Source: Toensbergia leucococca
Lineage: Eukaryota
Length of the DNA: 40,132 nt
NCBI GenBank assembly: GCA_022813965.1
Contig: JALDZS010000208.1
Coordinates: 1-40,132, forward strand
Reading direction: 5' to 3'
Below the pieces are notes generated by a model. It searched no databases and was not told the origin of the DNA. It saw only the letters and a list, made by a program, of their open reading frames with translations. The first letter of the stretch is position 1; the number at the start of each line of letters is the position of its first letter. This document shows, in pieces, positions 1 through 9,911 of this stretch. Position numbers and translations under genes: made by a program.

Positions 1-1800
1 TTCAGACCCTCTTATCTTATAGAAAGGTTAGGGTTATCTAATCTTTTAATTTCAGGACGTTTTACTATAGAATAAATAGAGTTAATTTACTAGACATTCA
101 GATATGGTAAAGAAATTATCTCTGAACATTTTTAAAAGTCAGTATCTAACATTTTATCTCTTTGTGTTGTTTGACTATCAGTGATAACAATGATCTTATT
201 CTCTTTATTTTTACTGTTTTCTTTTCTTCTTTTATTTTTCTTAATCAGATTAACTACCTTTTTAATGAAGAAGTTAACTATCTTCTTGATGAAAGAGTTT
301 GCTACCTTCTAAACAGAAAAGTTTATTAATATCTCACTCAGAGAGAACTTCTTTATCTATACTAGAGTAGACTTCTTCTTCTTGTTTATCTTATCTCTTA
401 ATATCTTGTTTATTACAATTTTTTTATTTACAGCCTTCTTAAGACTAAGGTTTAAGATTCTCTTAGATCTTTGTGTTAATGTCTCTGAGTTTTCTTTTAA
501 CTCTTTTACTATTACTCTCACTTCAGTCATTTTCTTATCATATCTTTACCTTACTGACATAATAAGTGTTAGTAAAATTGAGTGATGTATTAATCTATTT
601 ACCTTCATTCTGTCTAGGCATTAACATTTCTTTCTATAATTTAGACAAGATTTAGCTCAGACTGTATATTTACTCTTATATGAAATGCATTTCTTGTTAT
701 TATAATTAGCATATAATGTTGTATTATAATTGTCAGCGCAATGCCTGCATTTTTAATTAGTCACTGAGCATTAAGTTCTGATGTAATTATATTTGTGACA
801 TTTAAAGCATTGTTTCAGATGACAAGCTCTATCATAATAGACACAGTCTCTTATTTTAGAGTTAATGACAATCTCTTTATCTATTGCTCAGTTTGTGTCT
901 TTTAATTTATTAAATTTTACTATCATAAAGAAGGTTTTCTTGATTATAACTAACCTTGTTAGTCACTCTATACACTTTATGCACACATCTAAGAAGTTAA
1001 ACATATTTTAATTTTTTAGTTTAATAGTCATCTTGATGTCACTGAGATCATTACTATTGATCTTAATTCTGTGAACTAAAACTTTATATGTGAGTATAAT
1101 AATTTCAGTGTTTCTGTCTAAAACTCTCATTCAGATATTATTCTTTTAAAGATATATTACATTTTCTTTCTCTCTGACTGTCAGAGATATGTCATCACTC
1201 TTTAGTTGTTTCACTGCTATAACTCTTTCTTTCTCTTCACTCTTTATTTCTTCTATTTTATTGTTTACTCTTTTTACTATATCTGCGGAGCTAATTTCTT
1301 AGAGATAATAAATGTCAATAATATTAATCATTTTAACTATAACTGTTCTATTCTCTTTCACTGACATATGCATTGTGAAGAAAGGTGTGAGAAACTTAAG
1401 ATCTAATGCAAATCATTGTTTTGATAATAATGTGCTTATCATCATTGAGGTGTGATTTTGTCAGATTCTTTATAACAGCAGAAATGTCATTAATTAATGC
1501 ATAGTTTCTGACCTTCTTTAGATACTAAAAGACACTCTTAATAAATAATAAAAGTTTCTCTTATTCTTTTAGCATAATATTTATGTTTATTAGAGCTTTC
1601 AACTCTGATGTTAAATGAAGTGTGTGTTTATGAAAATCAGATGACACATGACCTAACAGTGATTATAATATCTTATCTATCATTGCTGAGTATGAGATGA
1701 TACTCAGTGATAAGATAAGTAAGATAACTGAATCAGCTAGTCAATTGAGGTTGTGATTAATATGTAATTTCAAAAAGTGTGTTTGAACTTTTGATCAAGG
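1..1800 (-). mobile_element. RIP-degraded non-LTR retrotransposon (Tad1-like LINE) 5' region/ORF1 remnant
   Basis: Very AT/TpA-rich with no long ORF. Minus-strand translation of ~640-830 gives three eroded zinc knuckles: QCFKCHKYNYIRT*C, KCRHCADNY, KCISYKSKYTV*AKSC. These revert by C>T/G>A changes to QCFKCHKYGHIGTQC...CGHCADNH...KCISCKGKHTVWAKSC, typical of fungal LINE ORF1. Boundaries approximate. Confidence 0.8.
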
Positions 1801-2017
1801 CCCTACTGGGCCTGGGCGGTTTCTTCTGTGCCCAAAAATGTGGTATCACATATTCTAGTCAACCCATGGTAGACCACGTCTATGGGTACCATCTCTTCCT
1901 TTCTTCACCAAACCTCTTCAAAGTTGAAGCCCTGTAACGCTAGAATACTATACAAGCTATAGAATATCATTCAAGAGCCCGAAACACGGTATCGTCGTCG
2001 CTAAAGCTTATTATAAA

Positions 2018-2081
2018 GGCTCCTGAGGTGGATGGGGGGGGCGTCCACCTATCAAAAAGGGGCGTCTATGCCTCAGGAGCC
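2018..2081. mobile_element. 64-bp minimal TIR element with 8-bp TSD
   Basis: Perfect 11-bp TIRs GGCTCCTGAGG (2018-2028) and CCTCAGGAGCC (2071-2081), flanked by the direct repeat ATTATAAA at 2010-2017 and 2082-2089. Confidence 0.85.
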
Positions 2082-2126
2082 ATTATAAATGGCAGATACC
2101 GTGTTTTTAGAAGAACTATTTTTCGA

Positions 2127-2864
2127 GGCTCCTGATGCATGGACGCCCCTTTTTGATAGGTGGACGCCCCCCCAATCCCCTCAGGCGCAAGATCACGGAG
2201 AGAAATTTTATCATTCTGCACCACATTTTGCCTTGAATCCCCCACCACTTGTGCATGCCTTACATCTCATGATCCGCGTGTCATTTAGGTGGCTTTTTAC
2301 CTAGGAGAAAAAGCATGCTTTTGTACCACATTCTGACTCGATTCCCCTACCCACGGGCGCAAAAACATCACGATTTCACATCACAGTTGCATTCAACTCA
2401 CTATCTATAGCTCTTCTATTCGCGTGTCATCTAGAAGTAAGATTACCTAGGAGAAAAGAATGCTTTTGTATCATATTTTGACTCGACTCCACCCACCCGC
2501 GGTCGCAAAAATTTCGTGATTGTTATGTAAGACGTGGATCAGGAAATGGATCGCGTTAGTGAGGTGACTATGCAGGCAGATAGGTAGGGGGCGATGATGT
2601 AGGTTGGTAGGTGAGTCGATAAGATGATGGGGTGTGAAATTGAGTCAGAATGGGGTGGATAATCGGGTCAGATTTGGATGCAAACCCACATAGGTGTCCC
2701 AGATAATACTATTATTGAATGGTGGCATGTAAAACAAAAGGTAGAAAGCATGCACAGGTGGTGGGGGACTTGAGGCAAAACATGGTGCAGAACGATAAAA
2801 CTTCCCTCGATGATCATCCGGGGGGGTCCACCTATCAAATAGAGACGTCCATGTATCAGGAGCC
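2127..2864. mobile_element. Non-autonomous long-TIR DNA element (MITE-like), ~740 bp
   Basis: 2127-~2290 and ~2720-2864 are diverged inverted repeats (GGCTCCTGAT...ATCAGGAGCC), and the ORF track gives similar peptides on opposite strands for the two arms. Internal ~100-bp direct repeats at ~2275-2377 and ~2421-2520. Flanks TTTTTCGA / TTTTTCCC match at 6 of 8. Confidence 0.8.
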
Positions 2865-2939
2865 TTTTTCCCCCCAGATCTACGCTTTTTCCGTTAAACA
2901 TAAATAAATCCGAGATAAAGGATTTTCAGATCCCCCTCA

Positions 2940-4707
2940 TCATGCAGCCATTAACACTCTGCAAGGAAATCCGTCAGCCGGTCGTGTTGTACCGTCAAGG
3001 ACCTGATACGCCCGCTCGCCGCTCACAGTCCTCGGCCCTAGTTTCACTCTGATACGATCCCATTCATCATAGCTAGACCTCACGTCAAATTCCCTTAGTG
3101 TCATTACCATGACGAGCTTCATTTCCAACATTGCAAGTTCCTGACCGATGCAATTGCGAGGGCCGAATTCAAAACCTCGCCAGGCGCCTTTGACAGGGTA
3201 CAAAGGGTCGTCTTTGTTCACGAGCCAGCGTTCTGGGATAAAAGCGTCAGGTTCAGGCCAATACAGCGGCTCGCGGTGGATGGCCTGATGCAACGACCAG
3301 ACAATGAAGCCTTCTGTTGGATAATATCGATCATTTTCTTCCAAGAAGAAACCTGGCTCTCCCTTGCGGGTGCTGGAAGCGGCAGGGAAGAGACGCATGG
3401 CTTCTTTAATGACTGCGACCGTGAAAGGGAGCTGGTTGAGAGCGTGCGGATTCTCCTCGACCACGGAGGAAATTTGACTGAGGTCAGAACCGAAGACACC
3501 GTCGTGCTCTACTCGAACTTGATCAAGAGCCGAGGGATGCTTCGACAGAAGATAATAGATGTAGCAAAGTGTACTGCTGGTGGTGTCATGGCCGGCGAGG
3601 ACGAATACTTTCATCTGACTTATAGCAAAGCTTTTAAACGTCATATCTATGCTGCGGGTCGTTTTCGACCCAGGTTGATCCTCCAAGTATTCATCCAACG
3701 CGAGATCGATAATCGTCCTCGATCTGCCGCCTTTTGTTTCCTTGAGCTCGGCCGTCTCTTGAAAAGCTGCAAAGCGGATTTCAAGCTCACGTTCCATGTA
3801 GCGATCCAACTGCCGAGTGTAGTACCAGTGCACAAAAGGGCGAAGTGGGTTCCATCGTTGGAACAGATCTGGCTCGGCTCCAGCTGACAGCCACCGTATT
3901 TGGGCTCGAAGGGCATGCACAAATTTGTTCCTTGATCTTTGTGCATTGAAATGTGTATCACTATAATCTCAGCCATATAGCTTAGTTGAGAGTCTTCTGT
4001 CAACTCACAGTGCGACCCGTCCTATAACATCCATTGTCAAATTGACGGTTGCCTCCTCCAAGGGAAATAAATCCTCAGCCTGGGCATGCTCCCGTAGTAT
4101 TTCGCAGAAAGTGGAAATCTCTTTCGCGATCTGAGGTACCAGGCCCATGAGGTGGCCCGCACTGAAGCCCGGATTGAAGACATTCCTCCAGTATTTCCAT
4201 GTTTGACCCTCCAGGGTCACCAAATCTTTATTCTGCGCCAGAGGACGCATAAAATTTCGAAGACCGTCTGCCTTTGGTGGTGAACGCTCCTGGGTGAGTT
4301 GATATGCAGCGGACGGAGATGAAACGATGAGGATTGGAAGAGTGAACGGCCACATATCGAGATAGAAGACAGGCCCAACTTCAGGGACCTCTCGTCTCAC
4401 TTGACATGGCAAACATTGGGGATGCACATCTCGAGGAAGCTTGGACAAAATCTTCTTGACCACAAGCAAATGGCCAAAGATCGGATTATGCGGTGGCATA
4501 CACTACAGTTCGTCAGAGACTTCTGCAGGACCAGGCAGTCTAGCATAGACCTGAGATATGACTTACTAGGCCTTGATTTTTTAATCTGATCATTCGGAGA
4601 CGTGCTCTGCAAAGGTTGACAAGGAAGATGGCAAACATGCTGAGACATACAACAAGCAATGCATTCTGAACAAGTTGAAACCTCTCCCAGATAGTAGCAG
4701 AAGGCAT
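2940..4707 (-). CDS. Cytochrome P450 monooxygenase (resembles StcS/AflN-VerA-type P450s); exons 4707-4567, 4502-4009, 3960-2940
   Basis: N-terminal hydrophobic anchor (MPSATIWERFQLVQNALLVVCLSMFAIFLV), PPHNPIFGHL hinge, I-helix AGHDTT, ExxR (EAMR), PERW, heme motif FEFGPRNCIG. GTAAGT/GTGAGT...TAG introns keep the frame. Confidence 0.95.
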
Positions 4708-7039
4708 CTTGCTAGGGAGAGATCAGATGAAGATGGGTAGAGATATTATCGCCACCTAGAATAGGGAGGGTCGCGTGGAATGTTGAGTCAAGGATAGTTG
4801 CAGATTGTGTGGTTGGAGGAGGGAATACAATCTAGTACAAGGCCTTCGTAATCTATTGATATCTTGGGTTGAAACGCTCCAATTATAAGCTACCTCCTCG
4901 TGAACCTTGTAGGTCGACCACTCATGTAATGGTATTCAGGATGATGTCTCTGGATCCCAAAGGTATCCCGGTGGGGTCAGGGTGTTCTACATCCTTATTA
5001 TTGACCAGGCTGTAGTACGCTAGCGCTGCTCACTACCTATCTGAAGGTATGTAAGGCGGCAGCTCCGAATAAAGCAAGGTACCTTAAAGTTGCTTCCCGT
5101 TACCTAATGCCTTAGCGGGAGCTCGATAGCCGTCTGCAGGGAATACCTACCTAGGTAATGCTTCGACGAAGCTAGGTAGGTACCTGTGCTTACCTTAAAT
5201 CCTAGGCAAGGTTAGGGTGCCATTCCGAGGCCCATGTCATGCATAAAGGCGCAATGACAAGCATCCCCCCCCACCCTAAAATTTCATCCCGTTTATAACG
5301 CAACTTGCGGGCCGCTGGAGTTGTGTGGGGGTACTACTCCATTTCATGGGGCGGTGCATTTCCCCATAAAATCGAGTACCTTAGCGTCAAGCACTGGTTG
5401 TTTCCGTAACTACCAGCCTTCGCTATCTGCTCCTGTGATACGAGCCACACAGCATACATAAATAAGAGATTCAACAGCCATCATTACAGCGTTAGCAAGG
5501 TAGTATGGGACGCTCTTTGTGTAAGATTTGTATATTTCGAGCATCATGCAGGTCACATGTGCGTCGTCTTGAATGAGCATATTGACTCGGCTTTCCGCAG
5601 GTGATTGAAGGCGCGTTTCATACGCCGTTGCGTCGCTTTAGTGACCTGCTTGGTCTAATTCTCGGCACCGGCTCTCTTTCTTTCAGTCAGTATGAAACAG
5701 TTCTTGAATCAAAGAGAATCTGCAGCCCTTGAGAACCTTTGGCTTGTCCCCAGGGGGCAAATAAATGTGGGACGAGGGGTAGCGAAAAGATTGGAGACCG
5801 GCATGCGAGCCCGTAGTCGTGATAAAGCGGGCCATGGGAAGGGGACCATTAATGGCAGCTATGTCTATCAACATAAGTCAGCCAGGACAACGACTGGACG
5901 ATTGCCTTGTTACGAGCAGCTAGTACTTACCAATGAGGACGCTTACTCTAGACCTAGCTAGCCAGTAAGGGCTTTGATTTGATCCTTCTGCCGCAACCGA
6001 GAAACTCCGGTACCTGTCTCGAAGTTGGAGTAGCTACACCCAAGCGGACGTTGTCCTTGATATGGCTTGCACTCGATTTGGCTAATGAGGCTAGATACTC
6101 AAAGGGCTGAGAGGTGTCATCAACGCTCGATTGATTTATGTGCAGTGATAGGAGCGAAGCGAATGTCGCCATACTCTAAGGGGGGTTAGAATTATGTGGC
6201 AGTACCATGGGGGTGTCTTTCCTTTTCGCTACCATCCTTTGTTCCTTCGTTCTTCCTTCATTTTTCATACTCCACCGAATTCAAAGGCCCTTGGCTCTGT
6301 TGAAATTATCGATCAAGGACCCGTTTTAAATCCAGAAGGGTACATCAGGTGTGGATGGGAGCCCCTATTATTTTGCCTATAGATAGCTTGTTTCTCTCCT
6401 AGGTACTGTTGGATTCGCAATATATACCCTTATTGGTAAATGGGGGCTCCGAACACCTCAGGCGGTAGTGATCCGTCTTAACCTAAATAGGAAAGACCCT
6501 GAGGTGATAACCCTAAGGGTAACCTAAATGGGAAAAGGCCATAGGTGGAAACTCTGAAAGCCATAGGTGAAAACTCTGATAGGTGGCGAGGGAATTACCC
6601 TTATTTACAGCCTGCCTCCCCATAAGTCTATAGTCTTTAGCAATTAAGTATTACAACCAAAAAGGATTCCATTCAACACACCTTCCATGTACTCAAGGGT
6701 ATCACGTATGAAGAAGACATTGCTGCAGTCGTATTGAAAGTCTGAAATGAATTGGGATGGGCTGCTGATCGCCGTCAGTATGACACATGACTTGATATTT
6801 TCTAGTTCTGTCCATTTTGCTGCATTATAACAGATGCTGTGAAATATGTCTGCCTGCTCATCAAGGCTAAGAATAGATGGGTTTTCAAGGTTCTTCAGTG
6901 AGAATGTGATGAACGGTGATACGTTCACTCTCTTCTGAATCCTCACCCTAGCCCTTGCCCTTACCCTCACCCTCAGCCTCAATATAGATCAAGAATTGAA
7001 TTGAGAAGCTGATCAAGATTCATACTTTTGCGACGTACA

Positions 7040-7310
7040 ATGCTGTGGGTAGGGGCTTGACTTGACATGCAGGTAGGCAGGCATGTAGGTAGATAAGATG
7101 GATGATGCACGAAATCAATTCGGGATAGGGTGCGAGATCAAGTCGGGATGGAAAATCGAGTGAGAATAAGATGTAAACCCACGATAATTCCTTAGGTAAT
7201 ACTGCTACTACGTGGGATAAGAATCAAGAGGTAGACAGCAGGCAGAAGTGGTCAGGGAGTCGGGTGCAAATGTGGTGCCAAACCACAATAATTCTCTATG
7301 CAACATCGCG
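7040..7310. mobile_element. Diverged one-sided remnant related to the 2127-2864 element
   Basis: 7225-7285 (AAGAGGTAGACAGCAGGCAGAAGTGGTCAGGGAGTCGGGTGCAAATGTGGTGC) resembles ~2736-2790 (AAAAGGTAGAAAGCATGCACAGGTGGTGGGGGACTTGAGGCAAAACATGGTGC). GATGTAAACCCAC / GATGCAAACCCAC is also shared upstream. Confidence 0.55.
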
Positions 7311-7455
7311 CCAGCGCTCTAGCCTGGGGCTACGGGGCGGGTTTGGCTATATCGATACCCTTGAACCATAAGCGTCAATACACTGTCTCTGCCTAGGGCG
7401 AAATTGTATAGAATCCTTGCTTTGTCATTCTGACGTTCAAGCTAGATTTGATTCA

Positions 7456-8994
7456 TTACCTCCTGCTACCTTTGCCTCTTTTCTTCGTTTTCGGCCTCGC
7501 CTCTTCAGTGACTGAAGTAACAGGCGTCGACGAGGTCGTACTCGGAGGACGTGATTGCTTCCAATGTTGCGGGAAGGGGAATAAGGCTTCCAGAGCCGTG
7601 CTAATTGCTGTTCTTCGAGCTCCAAGCCCATGATCAATGATGTTCTTGACCGTGTTGTTGCATGCTCGGATATCTTTGGCAGTCACAGACGAGTAAGACT
7701 CCAGAAACGACATGTAAAAATGGCGATCGGCTTCGGAGTACCAATGAAGGTAGAATATGGCCTCTCTGTGAGACATGGTAATCGTGAATGCGACCGTGTC
7801 CGTTATTAAAGAACCGTCATATGTACCCGCTTCTTGAAGGAGCCATAACACGGTATTCACAGAATGAGAACCACTACCTGCAGCCTGGTTCTCAGCGACG
7901 TAGATGGTCCCTCCAGCAGCTTCAGACTTCATCTCAACCATGAGGAAAGGAAAGGTACTGCCTCTGGCCGGTTGGGCATAGGGGCGTGCTACTGGATGAG
8001 TTATGACGTTCGCCTGAGCGTACGACCAATTTGACCTTTGGTTGGAGGGATATCCAAAATGATTGTCAGGCTTGGGCGCAGAGACATCGTATTGATACTC
8101 CGGGTTGTTTGGTAATGCGACAGTACTCCATGGGCTGTTCCCTCCTTCCATAATACCAGATCGTTCGAAGGGGAACATGTCTGTCCTAATAAGCTTCGCT
8201 GTTGGGCCCTCGGTACTATCGGCGAGCTCTTCTACTGTGTCTATCACCTTGGACACTGCTTCATCTCCTAGCTCAGGAGATTCTCGTTGTTTCAGTATTT
8301 TTGTATTGGCGAATGTCCGTAGCTCTTCTGGCATTTGCCTTCCTGAGTAGTCCAGAGTGATGTAATTATTGTAGAGCGTTCCTCGATACAAGGGATGTGA
8401 TGTACCAGGTTTCCCACTCTGAGATGTGCCCAAGCCAGAGCTCGCATTTTCTCCATACTGTTGCGACATCTGCTGAATCGTAGCAAGCGAGGCAGCTGTG
8501 CGGCCGTCTTTGCTGACGTCAAAGATAGGTGGACAAGTGGATGAGCGATCGCTCGGGGGACTGATGGGGCGAGGGTCTGGACTGACGACTGAGGAGATCC
8601 AAGAGTCAATTAGCAAGTTGGTTGAAAGGTGGGGTTGATTATCCCTGCTTCTGCTCCCACTCCCAGGCGCGCAAGAAGGCCAGGGCGGAGCACTGCCAGA
8701 GCGAGCGATTCGGTTGTGCTGTCCCTTGTTGGGCGTAAAGAGTTGCGACTGTAAAGGGCGGCGCTTCTGCAGAGGGGCAATACGAGTATCGGGGTCTTCT
8801 AAGCTTTGTGGGTTTGGGCTACGAAGTGAGAGTGGGCTCTCAGAGAGTCGAGCTTCAGTCAATGGAGTAGATAATGGAGGTGGTGACGGCCTTCGACGCT
8901 TGCTCATAGGCAAAGATTCGGAATCAAAGTGGAAATCTGCAAGGGCTCGCTTGCGAGGCTTCTGAGGCTTCGGACAGAGTACCTCAGCGATCAT
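7456..8994 (-). CDS. Intronless 512-aa protein with disordered basic N-terminus and C-terminal PD-(D/E)xK-like (DUF7924-type) domain
   Basis: Uninterrupted ORF with motifs PKPDNHFGY ... FPFLMVEMKS ... AENQAAGSG ... LHW, and basic clusters (KRRRP, KTKKRGK). Family name recalled from motif similarity only. Confidence 0.75.
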   Translation of the reverse strand: MIAEVLCPKPQKPRKRALADFHFDSESLPMSKRRRPSPPPLSTPLTEARLSESPLSLRSPNPQSLEDPDTRIAPLQKRRPLQSQLFTPNKGQHNRIARSGSAPPWPSCAPGSGSRSRDNQPHLSTNLLIDSWISSVVSPDPRPISPPSDRSSTCPPIFDVSKDGRTAASLATIQQMSQQYGENASSGLGTSQSGKPGTSHPLYRGTLYNNYITLDYSGRQMPEELRTFANTKILKQRESPELGDEAVSKVIDTVEELADSTEGPTAKLIRTDMFPFERSGIMEGGNSPWSTVALPNNPEYQYDVSAPKPDNHFGYPSNQRSNWSYAQANVITHPVARPYAQPARGSTFPFLMVEMKSEAAGGTIYVAENQAAGSGSHSVNTVLWLLQEAGTYDGSLITDTVAFTITMSHREAIFYLHWYSEADRHFYMSFLESYSSVTAKDIRACNNTVKNIIDHGLGARRTAISTALEALFPFPQHWKQSRPPSTTSSTPVTSVTEEARPKTKKRGKGSRR

Positions 8995-9246
8995 GGCGAT
9001 TGAATGTGGAAGGAGAAGTAAAAGGAGAAGGCCATGAACAAGAAGAGGAGGAAGAAGAGTGATGGAATTTGCGTCAGTCCCTCAGAGTGATAAACAGACT
9101 AAGCCCATTTGGGCTGGCTGGCTCCGCTTACTAAGTGCGACTCCGGTCAACGGCGGATCTTTCATCGCCGTCTTTACCTCGGTTTATCCCGTTAAGTCCT
9201 ACTGATAAGAGCTTTTACACACTTAATCATATCAGACAACTTTCTA

Positions 9247-9729
9247 TCTTTCTTATTATTACTTAATCAGACAGTAATGTGTCTCAGACACATAGAAAAT
9301 CATCATAATTTTACATCACATTTGCATTTACTTCTTAATCTCTTTAACATGCTGTCTACCTTCTCAATTGCATGTCATTTAGTAATAAGCTTTATCTAAA
9401 AAATCTTCATGATTTTATATTACATTCTAAATGCTGTAAACAGCTTCTTATTCATCTAAATAACATAATTATTCACCTTATTAGCTCTTAACAATGAAGA
9501 TAACATAAAGCAAGACTTTAGTATAAAATTAAACAAAAAGTCAGTGTAAAATTATATGTAAAATCATAATAATTCTTTAAGTAATATAACTTTTAAACAT
9601 TATACAGATAAAATAAGTAAATGACTTGCATGATGATTAAGAATCAGGTGCAAAAGTAATGTAAAATCATGATGATTTTTTACACTTCTGAGGCACGTTT
9701 TTGCCTAATTGAGTAATGATAAGAGAAGG
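9247..9729. mobile_element. RIP-mutated long-TIR non-autonomous element
   Basis: AT-rich island. 9247-~9345 (TCTTTCTTATTATTACTTAATCAGACAGTAATGTGTCTCAG...) is the inverted counterpart of ~9630-9729. The right arm looks like a transition-mutated version of 7245-7300. Confidence 0.7.
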
Positions 9730-9911
9730 GGTCAAAATATCAAAATAAGGTATAGAAATATTACAAGTCTTTGTTTTTTTGACTTATACAAAATAAGTTG
9801 TCATGGCCTTTATTTCTTACATACAAGACAAATTTTCTCTTTAAATTCATGACAACTAGTTTCATAGCTGAGTACATTCTATAGAATGATTGATCTGAGT
9901 CAGGCTACCTA

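Noticed and set aside
2066..2907. Two similar short ORFs (2066-2248 minus, 2719-2907 plus) as paralogous peptides
   Set aside because: The similarity is simply translation of the two arms of an inverted repeat.
3218..4003. Overlapping or antisense ORFs within the P450 (and similar ones within CLPTM1, the permease and ASXH genes)
   Set aside because: Shadow frames of real genes with no independent motifs.
6940..6982. Interstitial telomere-like hexamers (CCCTCA, CCCTAG, CCCTTG, CCCTTA)
   Set aside because: Short and degenerate with no CCCTAA run; better treated as a simple repeat.
5400..6982. Short ORFs 5683-6382 and 6644-6982, and small direct repeats at ~6480-6590
   Set aside because: No recognisable motifs or consistent splice structure, so a gene call cannot be supported.
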